Part shown: positions 1 to 8,823 of the stretch, piece by piece
Layout of the letters: the number at the start of each line of letters is the position of its first letter
How positions within the stretch are numbered: position 1 is the first letter of the stretch
NCBI GenBank assembly: GCA_965660955.1
Contig: CBFIBY010000004.1
Coordinates: 1-44,475 of the forward strand
Reading direction: 5' to 3'
Source of the DNA: Crocinitomicaceae bacterium
GTDB lineage: Bacteria > Bacteroidota > Bacteroidia > Flavobacteriales_D > Crocinitomicaceae
Length of the DNA: 44,475 nucleotides
Position numbers and translations under genes: made by a program
Notes under the pieces: generated by a model
What the model saw: only the letters and a program-made list of their open reading frames with translations
The model's database searches: none
Told to the model about the DNA's origin: nothing

Positions 1-1585
1 ACCAACTGATTGTAATAGGAACTTTGTCGAGGTAGTAGACTTCTGGGTTTAGTTTAAGAATTCCAAATTTTGCTTGGATGAAGCAGATTCCCAAACCGAT
101 GGCATTGCCCCATAACATTCCTTTTCCGATGATAAAGAAAGCTTGATACAAGAATATTTTTCGAATTTGCCAGTTGATACTACCCATAGCTTTCATCATT
201 CCGATGAACTGAGTTTTCACCAATATCATGACCAAGAGCGCGGCTCCAACGTTGATTATCCCAATAACGATCATAAGAACTAGGATAATTATGACATTAA
301 GATCCAAAAAGTCGAGCCAAAGAAAAATTTCCTCTTGATTTTCCTTGATACTAGAAACCTGCACCAACTCTCCAAATTCATTTGGCATGAACGTGAATTT
401 TTCTTCGAGCATCTTCACATCGGCATCAATGGTATTCCAATCTTTGAAATTGACTTCAAAACCACCCACGTATTTGTCGGCACTTCCTTTTCCGGGTTGA
501 GAGGAGAAGAAGACTTCTTTTTCACTCGTTTTCAAGCTGAAGTTTAATCCAGTTTGATCAGAATAATTACGGATCAGGTTTCCAAATTCATCAACTGGGA
601 AGGAGCAGGGTGTTCGTCCATTTCCTTGCACTTTAATTTGTAAATAGGCCGTGTCGGGTTGGATTTTCTGGGTTGTTTGATAACTGTCTGGCGCTTTGTA
701 TTCCCGAACGATCAAGCGAAACGTTGTGTCCTTACTCGGACAAATTTTAATTCCAATTGTCGATCCAAATCCTTTACCCCAATCGTAATCATAATTTCCA
801 TTTCCGCCTTGCACATCGGCACGGAGAACCAAATATCCGTCGCTAATGGTGTCCAATAATTCAATGTTAGCTTGAATTCCCCAATCATTCAACAATTGAA
901 CTTGGCGCAAATCTCCAAGCACCATTTTTTTATCGAATTCTTCCAGTCCTGTATGGTAAATCCCCGTTACATGGAAATAGCGCATCACTGGATTGTTCTT
1001 CACGAAATAAGCTCGAACTGAATCACCCACTTCGAAATCGAGGTCAGTCGCTATGCTCTGTGATAATAGAATTTCATTGGAAATAAAGGAACTATCGAAT
1101 TTTGGTAATCTTCCTTTGGTTAGGTTTTCTTTATAAAAACTCCAATCGAAAGTTTCATCTACACCTTTTAGAATGGCGCCTTGAATGTCTTGTTGAACAA
1201 TGGAAGAATCCTTTCCTGTTGCCGTAACGACCGTATTATCTCTTTTTTCAGATTGAAGTAAAACAGGTTTGAAAGCAACCGCCTGAATGTTTTTAACGGC
1301 CGGTTTTGCTTTAAGCTCTTCGAAAAAGGCAGGTTTTCTGCGGATAGGTTCGCTTTCATAAATACTAGCTTCGCCTTCACTCATAATGTAGGCATGTGAT
1401 GAAAACCCTGTAATTTTTTCTCGTACCTCCTTTTGAAACCCGATAACAACGGCAATCGTCAACAAATTCACAACTATGGCCAGCGCAATACTGATCATAC
1501 TGATACGTACGATTGGTCGAGACACTTTTTTCCCTTCGGTTTGTTTGAGGAAGATTTTTTTCGCGATGGAATATTCGTGTGCCAA
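1..1585 (-). CDS. FtsX/LolC-LolE family ABC transporter permease (C-terminal end lies beyond the left window edge)
   Basis: An open minus-strand frame runs off position 1, so it has no stop in the window and is absent from the ORF track. My translation is (M)AHEYSIAKKIFLKQTEGKK..., then TM1 ISMISIALAIVVNLLTIAVVIGF and a long extracytoplasmic segment. TM2 LNVIIILVLMIVIGIINVGAALLVMILV follows, with KTQFIGMMKAMG typical of FtsX/LolE. TTG at 1585..1583 follows an in-frame TAA and aligns with the MNFEYFIAKR-type N-termini of this family. Confidence 0.75.
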   Translation of the reverse strand, partial: MAHEYSIAKKIFLKQTEGKKVSRPIVRISMISIALAIVVNLLTIAVVIGFQKEVREKITGFSSHAYIMSEGEASIYESEPIRRKPAFFEELKAKPAVKNIQAVAFKPVLLQSEKRDNTVVTATGKDSSIVQQDIQGAILKGVDETFDWSFYKENLTKGRLPKFDSSFISNEILLSQSIATDLDFEVGDSVRAYFVKNNPVMRYFHVTGIYHTGLEEFDKKMVLGDLRQVQLLNDWGIQANIELLDTISDGYLVLRADVQGGNGNYDYDWGKGFGSTIGIKICPSKDTTFRLIVREYKAPDSYQTTQKIQPDTAYLQIKVQGNGRTPCSFPVDEFGNLIRNYSDQTGLNFSLKTSEKEVFFSSQPGKGSADKYVGGFEVNFKDWNTIDADVKMLEEKFTFMPNEFGELVQVSSIKENQEEIFLWLDFLDLNVIIILVLMIVIGIINVGAALLVMILVKTQFIGMMKAMGSINWQIRKIFLYQAFFIIGKGMLWGNAIGLGICFIQAKFGILKLNPEVYYLDKVPITISW

Positions 1586-1854
1586 GTTGAATTTGATTTA
1601 CCGTGCGAAGATAAAAAGAAAAACCGTCCAACTCTCTTTCCCGAAGGTACACGGAATCAAAAGCGAACGGCTTTTCTATTGTATTGATTAACTGGTTTTA
1701 TTTAAGGCCTTTGAACTTACGGAGGCAACCGCAGTTCTAGCTCATAATTTTTTTAACACGGTAAGGGGATTTCAATTACTTTGCCAAGAATTTGGAAAAA
1801 GGGAGTTTTAAGAAATAATTAACCTTTTAAGGGATGACGAATAGTTTGGGATTT

Positions 1855-1954
1855 CCTCCCCCTCAGTCCCCCTCCAAAGGGGGGAGCATAAGAAGAATCT
1901 TTTGCCAAACGAAGGACTCACATCTCCCCTTTGGAGGGGGGGGCAAGGGGGCGG
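1855..1954. repeat. G/C-rich imperfect inverted repeat: two 32-nt arms (1855..1886 and 1923..1954) around a 36-nt spacer
   Basis: Arm 1 is cctccccctcagtccccctccaaaggggggag. The reverse complement of arm 2 is ccgcccccttgcccccccctccaaaggggaga. They share an identical 15-nt core, CCCCCTCCAAAGGGG. The composition contrasts strongly with the AT-rich surroundings. Confidence 0.75.
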
Positions 1955-2080
1955 AACTATGGATCTTACAAAAAAACTGAATTGAACCATTCACAACCAA
2001 TCGTGGAATAGAATTTGCATTCCCCAAGCTGAAACTGGGAATACTTCCCTAACTTCGAAAAATATTAGAATGAAATTCCT

Positions 2081-3349
2081 ATGAAAAAAGCTGTAATTCA
2101 GTTCTTTACTTCGTCCAATCGATTCACGAAGCTTTTTGCTATTGAAGGACTATTGATTTTGTTGCTCATACAGTGCGCATCCTCTCCGGATAATAAAGAG
2201 GTTGTAACAGAGAATAAAAAGCCAAAACAAGAAATTCAAGAGGGACAAAAACGTATTGCACGACTTCGCTTGGGGATTGAACAAACAACAATGTACCGTG
2301 AAGATTTATTAAGTAAAAAGGTCGGGGTGGTTTCCAATCAAACAGGAATGATAGGCGACGTCCATTTGGTCGACACTTTGTTGGCAATGGGTGTTAATGT
2401 CACGAAGGTTTTTGCTCCAGAACATGGATTCAGAGGAAAAGCCGACGCGGGCGAACACATTTCTACAACCAAAGATGCGAAAACAGGATTGCCGATTATG
2501 TCACTTTACGGTAAAACAAAAAAACCTTCAAAGGCAATGATGAGCGGTTTAGAAGCGATGGTATTTGATATTCAAGATGTTGGCGTTCGATTTTATACGT
2601 ACATATCGACGCTTCATTATGTCATGGAAGCATGTGCTGAAGCCGATATTCCACTAATTATTCTCGATCGACCAAATCCGAATGCACATTATGTGGATGG
2701 ACCCGTACTTAAACCTGCTCAAAAGTCTTTCGTTGGAATGCATCCTGTTCCAGTGGTTTACGGGATGACGATTGGTGAATACGGAAAAATGATCAATGGA
2801 GAAGGTTGGTTACCGAATAATTTGACATGTGATTTGACAGTTATTCCTTTGGGTGGATATTGGCATGGAAGAAAGTATGATCTGCCTGTTTCGCCTTCAC
2901 CGAACTTGAGAACATTCGAATCGATTCAATTGTACCCGAGTCTTTGTTTTTTCGAAGCGACTAGCGTTAGTGTTGGTCGTGGAACAAATACGCCTTTCGA
3001 AATATACGGTCACCCGAATTTTCCGAAATCGGATTTCGAATTCACTCCGAAATCATCTGAAGGTGCGAAATATCCATTGCAGCAGAATAGGGTTTGTCAT
3101 GGATACAACTTGCATGAAGTAGGAAAAAATATGGCGCGAAAATTAGATTTGAGTTACTTCATAAATGCGCAAAAATTATTGAAGGGTCAAAAATTTATGA
3201 CAAACAGTGCTTTCTTTCATAAATTGGCTGGTAATACGACTTTATTAAAACAACTACAAAGTGGTATGTCAGAAGAAAAAATCCGCGAGACATGGCAAGC
3301 GGATTTAGAGGTTTTTAAGTTGGTGAGAGCTAAGTATCTAATGTATTAG
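2081..3349 (+). CDS. DUF1343 family protein (YbbC/NamZ-like exo-beta-N-acetylmuramidase), lipoprotein signal
   Basis: 422-aa ORF. The N-terminus ends in the lipobox-like LLLIQCAS. The blocks GVVSNQTGM, FAPEHGFRG, DIQDVGVRFYTYISTL and ILDRPNP are characteristic of DUF1343. Confidence 0.8.
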   Translation: MKKAVIQFFTSSNRFTKLFAIEGLLILLLIQCASSPDNKEVVTENKKPKQEIQEGQKRIARLRLGIEQTTMYREDLLSKKVGVVSNQTGMIGDVHLVDTLLAMGVNVTKVFAPEHGFRGKADAGEHISTTKDAKTGLPIMSLYGKTKKPSKAMMSGLEAMVFDIQDVGVRFYTYISTLHYVMEACAEADIPLIILDRPNPNAHYVDGPVLKPAQKSFVGMHPVPVVYGMTIGEYGKMINGEGWLPNNLTCDLTVIPLGGYWHGRKYDLPVSPSPNLRTFESIQLYPSLCFFEATSVSVGRGTNTPFEIYGHPNFPKSDFEFTPKSSEGAKYPLQQNRVCHGYNLHEVGKNMARKLDLSYFINAQKLLKGQKFMTNSAFFHKLAGNTTLLKQLQSGMSEEKIRETWQADLEVFKLVRAKYLMY

Positions 3350-3354
3350 AAAAA

Positions 3355-3427
3355 GACTCAAGACTTCAGGTTTCGGGACATAAAGTTGCTATGTAAAATC
3401 GTCCTTTGCACCTAAGTGTCTTGAGTC
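3355..3427. terminator. Long imperfect hairpin between convergent genes (candidate bidirectional terminator)
   Basis: gactcaagac (3355..3364) pairs with gtcttgagtc (3418..3427). Further partial pairing exists inside (ttcaggt/acctaagt, ggac/gtcc). This is the only convergent junction in the window that has a real spacer. Confidence 0.4.
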
Positions 3428-3435
3428 CAGTTGTT

Positions 3436-3948
3436 TTATTTCTTTTCTTTGCATTCCTTTTTGCAATCTTTCTTTGCACCTCGTTTGGAGTTTTCGGCTC
3501 CCTTTACAAATTCAGCTTTGCTAATAAAACCGTCACCGTTTGTATCAATTTCTTTGAAATGATGTTCTAGTGGCCCTTTCGCCTCGGATTGAGCAATTTT
3601 ACCGTCTTTGTTTGTGTCCAACTTGCTTAGAACTTGATCAAACGTAGGTTTTTCTTTTGGCGGTTTCGGTGCTTTCGCGAATTCTGATTCGGTAATGAAG
3701 CCGTCTCCATTTCTATCAACTTCAGCAAAATGATGCTCTAAAGGTCCTTTTGCTTCTGATTTTGCGATTTTACCATCTTTATTTGCGTCTAATTTTTCTA
3801 ATACTTTCGCATAAGTTGGTCTTTCTTTTGGATGAGGTCTTTCTCCTCTTTCATAATTTTCTTCTTGCGCGATGGCTTGCATACCGAAGAATGTAAATGC
3901 CATAACGGCTAATCCTTTGAATATTACTTTTGTTTTTATGTCTTTCAT
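3436..3948 (-). CDS. Secreted EF-hand calcium-binding protein (two EF-hand pairs)
   Basis: ATG at 3948 gives the signal peptide MKDIKTKVIFKGLAVMAFTFFGMQAIAQ. There are four canonical 12-residue EF loops: DANKDGKIAKSE, DRNGDGFITESE, DTNKDGKIAQSE and DTNGDGFISKAE. The tail is Lys/Cys-rich (KKDCKKECKEKK). Confidence 0.8.
   Translation of the reverse strand: MKDIKTKVIFKGLAVMAFTFFGMQAIAQEENYERGERPHPKERPTYAKVLEKLDANKDGKIAKSEAKGPLEHHFAEVDRNGDGFITESEFAKAPKPPKEKPTFDQVLSKLDTNKDGKIAQSEAKGPLEHHFKEIDTNGDGFISKAEFVKGAENSKRGAKKDCKKECKEKK
3490..3831 (-). repeat. Intragenic tandem duplication, 2 x 171 nt (57 aa), each unit encoding one EF-hand pair
   Basis: Residues 40-96 (PKERPTYAKVLEKLDANKDG...) and 97-153 (PKEKPTFDQVLSKLDTNKDG...) align without gaps. 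The DNA units 3661..3831 and 3490..3660 are clearly similar but diverged. Confidence 0.8.
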
Positions 3949-4154
3949 GGTTTTATTTTTATAAATGATTAATGCGTGCACACATATATAGACCACGGTT
4001 TTTGACTATTCCTTCGGCTTTTAATGTTTATTGAGAGATATGAACGATGAATGATGAACTATGAGTGATGAAGATGTTCAGTCTCGGGTATTTTCCAAGG
4101 TACAAAAACGCAGCGGTATATCAACTATCAGTTTGCCGTGGATAGCGGTCTAAT

Positions 4155-5228
4155 TCATTTTAGAATTCTCTCCTCCTTTAAAATCGCTTTGTTCTTATTC
4201 GCCAATTGACCACAGGCAGCATCAATATCTTTTCCACGACTTCTGCGCACGTTTACGATCAGGTTTCTTTCTTCTAAAAATTCCGCAAAAGCATCCACTT
4301 TTCGAGCATCGGCTTGTTTAAGTTCTCCATCGTCGATAGGGTTGTATTCAATGATATTGATTTTACATGGAACACATTTGGCAAACTCGGCTAGTTCTCG
4401 TGCATCTTGAATTTCGTCGTTGAAATCTTTAAAAATAATGTATTCAAACGTTATACGACTTCCTGTTTTTTCATGAAAATAAACCAATGCTTCGCGCAGT
4501 GAATCGATGTCGTTGGTTTCGTTGATTTCCATGATTTTGTTCCGCTTCTCGTCATTCGCTGCGTGAAGAGACAAAGCCAAATTAAAACGAACTTCATCGT
4601 CGCCCAACTTCTTTATCAGTTTTGCGATTCCAGCCGTTGAAACTGTTATTCGCTTGGGAGAAATTCCCAATCCATCTTCAGAAGTTAGTATTTCTGTTGA
4701 GCGCAACATGTTTTTGTAATTCAAAAGCGGTTCTCCCATTCCCATGTATACGATATTGGACAGGTGTTGACCGTATCTTTCTTCGGCTTGATTGTTCAAA
4801 TAAACCACTTGATCGACTATTTCACCAGCCGATAAATTGCGCATCATTTTCAAACGACCTGTTGCACAAAATGCACAAGCTAAACTACAACCGACTTGAG
4901 AAGAAATACAAGCGGTCATGCGTGATTTCGTTGGAATTAAAACACCTTCAATCACTTGCGTTTCATTTACCTTGAAGGCACATTTAATGGTTTTGTCGCT
5001 TGAAATCTGCTGATCGTCCAGTACAATATGGTCGATTAAAAAGTCTTCTTCCAATTTTTCACGAAGCGATAAACTGAGGTTCGACATGTCAGTAAAAACA
5101 TGGGTGTTTTTCTTCCACAACCATTCGAAAATTTGCTTAGCACGAAATGGTTTTTCGCCAATAGAAGTCAAATAGTCTTTGATTCCATCAATGGATAATT
5201 CCCGTATGTTTTTCTTGGTATTCGACAT
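4155..5228 (-). CDS. rlmN: 23S rRNA/tRNA (adenine-C2)-methyltransferase RlmN (radical SAM)
   Basis: 357 aa. It has the radical-SAM cluster motif CSLACAFC (Cx3Cx2C) in the context SQVGCSLACAFCATG, plus the C-terminal AACGQL typical of RlmN/Cfr. Confidence 0.92.
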   Translation of the reverse strand: MSNTKKNIRELSIDGIKDYLTSIGEKPFRAKQIFEWLWKKNTHVFTDMSNLSLSLREKLEEDFLIDHIVLDDQQISSDKTIKCAFKVNETQVIEGVLIPTKSRMTACISSQVGCSLACAFCATGRLKMMRNLSAGEIVDQVVYLNNQAEERYGQHLSNIVYMGMGEPLLNYKNMLRSTEILTSEDGLGISPKRITVSTAGIAKLIKKLGDDEVRFNLALSLHAANDEKRNKIMEINETNDIDSLREALVYFHEKTGSRITFEYIIFKDFNDEIQDARELAEFAKCVPCKINIIEYNPIDDGELKQADARKVDAFAEFLEERNLIVNVRRSRGKDIDAACGQLANKNKAILKEERILK

Positions 5229-5256
5229 TGCGTGCGCAAAGGTAGGTAATTACGAA

Positions 5257-6969
5257 TTACGCTTCTAGTGTTTCGAAGATAGTTTTCGCTTTAGTCAAAT
5301 ATATATTCAAATCTGCTTCAGGTTTTTGACACCCATATCGACACAATTCGCACGTTTGCTGAAGGGAGAAAAAGTCGTTCTGAAATTCTTGTGAATATCC
5401 TTTTTGGGTAAAGAAACTCTTCAAATCGTCGTTCGATAAAACCCAATCTGGATCATTCTTTGCGGCTTGTGAAGAAGCTTTTCTTAAATCACTCGAAAGT
5501 TGCGTAAAGAAAGGTAGTTCATTTCCATTGTTTGCGTGTGCTTGAAGCACAGAAAGGAATTCAGTAGATGGAATTTTTGGAGCTTGAGCTTCGACAGCTG
5601 TTTCGGTTTGTTTTGCAATTACCTTTTGTTCGTCTTCTTTTCTTTTTCTGAAAAACAGAAATAATAGTGCTAGGCAAAGCGGAGTTGAAATTCCAATCCC
5701 AATCCATTTAGCTGTTTTACTGGAGAGAAAACCACCTTCAGAATCTTTTGAATCCGAATTGAAACGATCGATTCTAGCTTCTTTGGCAGTAGGCTGATCT
5801 TTCTTTTCTACCACGAAATCAGGGTTGGTTTCAATCTCAATATTTGCTGGTTGATCCGAAACTGTCTTGTACTCTTCAGCTGCCGGGTCGAAATAGCTTA
5901 GTTGAATTGGGTTGAATTTAGCTTGACCCGCCTTCATTGCTTGCAAGTGATAAATGATGTGCGTTTCTCCTTCCGCTCCGCGGCTTGTGTAAGAGAATTT
6001 TTCTTTGATTTCTGGGTCACCATAGATTTGGAAATGATCGCCAAAATTGATTTTCGGACGATTCATGTCGTGTAAATTTCCATTACCTGAAAGGATAACC
6101 GTGAAAACGATAACGTCTCCTTGTTTGACCGTCTTGTTTTCGCAACTTGACTTAATTTTAAATTGTCCAACTCCACCTGTAAATGTTTTTGGCGCTCCTT
6201 TTGGAAGAGGTAAAACCTTAATGTGATTTCTTTTCGATCGCACTTCATAGCCTTGATAACTTACCTGTAAGGTTAAGGAGAAAGGATGAATCAGAACTTT
6301 TCCCGGAGAGTTTAAAAACACAACTTGCTTGTCATGATCAAACATATATCTTCTTTCCCCCCTGAATGTCCCCATGTCGACCATAGGTTGGGTATTTGCT
6401 CCTAATTTGTGCTGATCAGCTGCTGGGTCAAAATTAAAAGGGCGATAACTATCATAATGTGTTGGTTTGAATTTAGAAACAACTTTACATTGCACTGTAA
6501 AAGCTTCACCAGCATATACTTTGGTTTTTGAGGCTTCAATAATACCGAAAGCAGGTTTTGAAAATCCAACTCCGAACCCTTTGTCAGCGGTATCAGATTC
6601 TTCAGTAGCGCGAACATTTACTTTATTGGAGCGATAAACATGACCATTGGCTTTAATCATTGCTGGACCAAAAGTGTATTTCCCGGCTTTCGAGAGTGTG
6701 CCTGTCCGACCATGAAAGAAATAGGTTACTAATTCACCTGTGTTTCCATCATATTCTTGTTCCATTCGATTAAGGATATTGTATCCTTGTTCGAATTCTT
6801 TCGGTAGGTTAATTTCAATATCACCCGACACATTCGATTTTACGATAACGGTAAACTGTTCCCCAACTTCAACTCGCCTTGGTTCAACCTTAATTTCTAC
6901 GTAAGGTTTTTGAGACCAAGCAAAATAGGAGGTCAAAAGGGTAATCAATATGCCGATATATCGCATCAT
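5257..6969 (-). CDS. batD: BatD-family protein (oxygen-tolerance operon)
   Basis: It has the signal peptide MRYIGILITLLTSYFAWSQ and an N-terminal VEVGEQFTV block. A large extracytoplasmic region is followed by a single TM (WIGIGISTPLCLALLFLFF) and a cytoplasmic tail. It is the last gene of the MoxR/Bat operon. ATG 6969 overlaps the batC stop as TAATG; ATGs at 6975 and 6966 are alternatives. Confidence 0.75.
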   Translation of the reverse strand: MMRYIGILITLLTSYFAWSQKPYVEIKVEPRRVEVGEQFTVIVKSNVSGDIEINLPKEFEQGYNILNRMEQEYDGNTGELVTYFFHGRTGTLSKAGKYTFGPAMIKANGHVYRSNKVNVRATEESDTADKGFGVGFSKPAFGIIEASKTKVYAGEAFTVQCKVVSKFKPTHYDSYRPFNFDPAADQHKLGANTQPMVDMGTFRGERRYMFDHDKQVVFLNSPGKVLIHPFSLTLQVSYQGYEVRSKRNHIKVLPLPKGAPKTFTGGVGQFKIKSSCENKTVKQGDVIVFTVILSGNGNLHDMNRPKINFGDHFQIYGDPEIKEKFSYTSRGAEGETHIIYHLQAMKAGQAKFNPIQLSYFDPAAEEYKTVSDQPANIEIETNPDFVVEKKDQPTAKEARIDRFNSDSKDSEGGFLSSKTAKWIGIGISTPLCLALLFLFFRKRKEDEQKVIAKQTETAVEAQAPKIPSTEFLSVLQAHANNGNELPFFTQLSSDLRKASSQAAKNDPDWVLSNDDLKSFFTQKGYSQEFQNDFFSLQQTCELCRYGCQKPEADLNIYLTKAKTIFETLEA

Positions 6970-7685
6970 TACCATTCTTTTGTTGCTTTTTTACCGCCTT
7001 TTCCTTCTTTAGAGCTGGCAACTTTTCGTTTGGTATCTGCCTCTTTACGCATAAGCTTATCCAACTCCCTTTCAACGGAATTGTCACTCAAAGAAGACGG
7101 GTTCTTTTGATTGTCAGGTTTTTCATTTGGATCTTTTTTCTGATCGTCCTTGTCACTATCCTGATTCTCTTTGTCTTTATCCTTGTCCTTGTCGTCCTTC
7201 GGAGGAGGAGGATTTTCTTTATCCTTTTCTTTTTGACGGCGAATAGCCTCCGACAAGTTATATCTTGTTTTTTCGTTGCTGGGGTTTTTTCTCAGCGCAT
7301 TTTTGTAATGGTTAATCGCACTTTTATAATTTTTCCCTTGCATGGCGATATTTCCCAAATTGTGCTGCGCCCTAGCTATTTCTTCGTTATCTCCGCTAGA
7401 TTTTTTCTGGTAAATATCGGATGCCGCTTGATATTGCTTCAATCGATATTGCGTTTGTGCTATTTCATTGGATAGGTCGACGTCTTCCGGAACTTCAGGC
7501 ATAGCCGTTTGATAAAACAACATGGCTTTTTTATACTCCTTCGCTTTGTACGCCTCACGGGCTAAGTTCACCAAGCCGCGCCAATCGGTGCTATTTTCAA
7601 CGGGTTCAACGTCCGACTGAGGCTGAGCAAAGAGCGCCTTCGGAAAGAGAAGCAGAATAAAAATATACTTAATCATTTTGTTCAT
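6969..7685 (-). CDS. batC: TPR-repeat protein BatC with Lys/Asp-rich low-complexity C-terminal half
   Basis: It has a signal/TM segment (MIKYIFILLLFPKALFA). TPR-like helices follow (AREAYKAKEYKKAMLFYQ, AQTQYRLKQYQAASDIYQ, LGNIAMQGKNYKSAINHYKNALRKNP). The tail reads KEKDKENPPPPKDDKDKDKDKENQDSDKDD. Its position lies between batB and batD. Confidence 0.7.
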   Translation of the reverse strand: MNKMIKYIFILLLFPKALFAQPQSDVEPVENSTDWRGLVNLAREAYKAKEYKKAMLFYQTAMPEVPEDVDLSNEIAQTQYRLKQYQAASDIYQKKSSGDNEEIARAQHNLGNIAMQGKNYKSAINHYKNALRKNPSNEKTRYNLSEAIRRQKEKDKENPPPPKDDKDKDKDKENQDSDKDDQKKDPNEKPDNQKNPSSLSDNSVERELDKLMRKEADTKRKVASSKEGKGGKKATKEW

Positions 7686-8823
7686 TTTTAACCTTCTGAA
7701 TTGGATTCGTCTGGTAAAACACCATTGACATCAACCAAAAAATAATTCCCACCAGCAAAGGCCAATGGAAATGAGCTTGTTTGATATCTAACTTCAAATT
7801 TCTTAAATCTCCTTTGTTTAACTGGTTAATTTCTGTTAATAAATTAGAAAGATTTGGAAAGGGATTGTGCGTCACCATTGATATTCCACGCGCCTTTTTT
7901 GCGATTCGTTTGACCAGTTTTGCGCCTACTTTTGAGAGCACCGGGCGACCCGTTTCATCTGTCAAATATCCTAAGATGGGTTGGTCGGGATTTCGGGGTA
8001 CGAGTCCTCCTTTTTCGGTTCCTAAACCAACAACAGCCAGGAAGATATTTTCATTCGGCAATTCCTTCAATGATTTGATTGGCACTTCTTCATGATTTTC
8101 CCCATCCGTAACCATCAAAATACATTTTCCAGCGTTTCCTTCAGAGAACATGCCCTTCGCCGTCTCTATTGCCGCTCCGAAGTTAGTGCCTTGGTTGGAG
8201 AGCATTTTTGTATCAATTTCGGTGATGAAAAGCTTCGCAGCGTTGTAATCCTTGGTAATGGGTAATTGCACGTAAGCGTTCCCTGCAAAAATCAAAACAC
8301 CTAATCGTTCACCTTGTAATCCATTGATGAGTTCGATTGTTGCTCGTTTCGCAATTTCCAAACGCGACATTTTCGGGTCAATGTCTTTGGTATTCATCGA
8401 ATTGGAAACATCCATTGCTATAACTACTTCGCTATTTTTCTCCAAGCTCACACCTTTCTTTGTCCCGAAAAGGGGCTGTGCCAGGGCGATTATTATGAAG
8501 AGAATAGCGAATCGAAAAAATATCCATTTACGCCAGAATATTTTGCTCGGTGTAAATGTCAAAAATGAACCCAGCAATCGAATTGGAATTTTACTGATAA
8601 GTTCACTTAGGTCCTTTCTTTTTTTGAATAAGAGAAAGTAGAAGGGAAGTGCAAAAATATTGAACCACAGTGTTTTGGGGTAGCGAAAATAGAATTCGTC
8701 AGAATATCTCCAATTAATCCAAGCCGTGCCAATGGCGAAGACAATCCAAAAAAGAATCTCAAGTCCCAGGACCCAAACAATGGCTTTTTTCCAATTGATA
8801 TGTTTCGTTTTATTCTCCTGCAT
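7669..8823 (-). CDS. batB: VWA-domain membrane protein BatB
   Basis: N-terminal TM helices are followed by the MIDAS motif DVSNSM (DxSxS) and the VWA blocks LGVLIFAG and ILMVTDGENH. A C-terminal TM is present. It overlaps batA by 14 nt. Confidence 0.8.
   Translation of the reverse strand: MQENKTKHINWKKAIVWVLGLEILFWIVFAIGTAWINWRYSDEFYFRYPKTLWFNIFALPFYFLLFKKRKDLSELISKIPIRLLGSFLTFTPSKIFWRKWIFFRFAILFIIIALAQPLFGTKKGVSLEKNSEVVIAMDVSNSMNTKDIDPKMSRLEIAKRATIELINGLQGERLGVLIFAGNAYVQLPITKDYNAAKLFITEIDTKMLSNQGTNFGAAIETAKGMFSEGNAGKCILMVTDGENHEEVPIKSLKELPNENIFLAVVGLGTEKGGLVPRNPDQPILGYLTDETGRPVLSKVGAKLVKRIAKKARGISMVTHNPFPNLSNLLTEINQLNKGDLRNLKLDIKQAHFHWPLLVGIIFWLMSMVFYQTNPIQKVKNEQND

Noticed and set aside
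1808-1990. 60-aa minus-strand ORF (MVQFSFF...PPPCPPLQRGD...SPLWRGTEGEE)
   Set aside because: It is simply the translation of the G/C-rich inverted repeat. Its Pro/Gly-rich low-complexity peptide mirrors the two repeat arms. It has no start context, so I treat it as non-coding.
4040-4076. Cluster of six ATGA tetramers plus one further ATG in 37 nt (atgaacgatgaatgatgaactatgagtgatgaagatg) in the rlmN/EF-hand spacer
   Set aside because: The tract is short and irregularly spaced, with no consistent period, no associated ORF and no second copy in the window. It is most simply low-complexity sequence. It would only become interesting if it recurred genome-wide upstream of other genes.
4622-4975. 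Long shadow ORFs antisense to or out of frame with real genes (4622..4975, 7107..7475, 8324..8641, 19389..19688, 34588..34944, 39886..40227, 43632..43997 and others)
   Set aside because: Each lies wholly inside a gene with strong family motifs on the other strand or frame. Their translations are low-complexity or hydrophobic junk typical of AT-rich genomes. I recognise no motifs in them.
7131-7245. Apparent DNA repeat (cttgtc/ctttatc units) inside batC
   Set aside because: It is the coding image of the Lys/Asp-rich tail (KDDKDKDKDKENQDSDKDD). It is compositional low complexity in a protein, not an independent repeat element.
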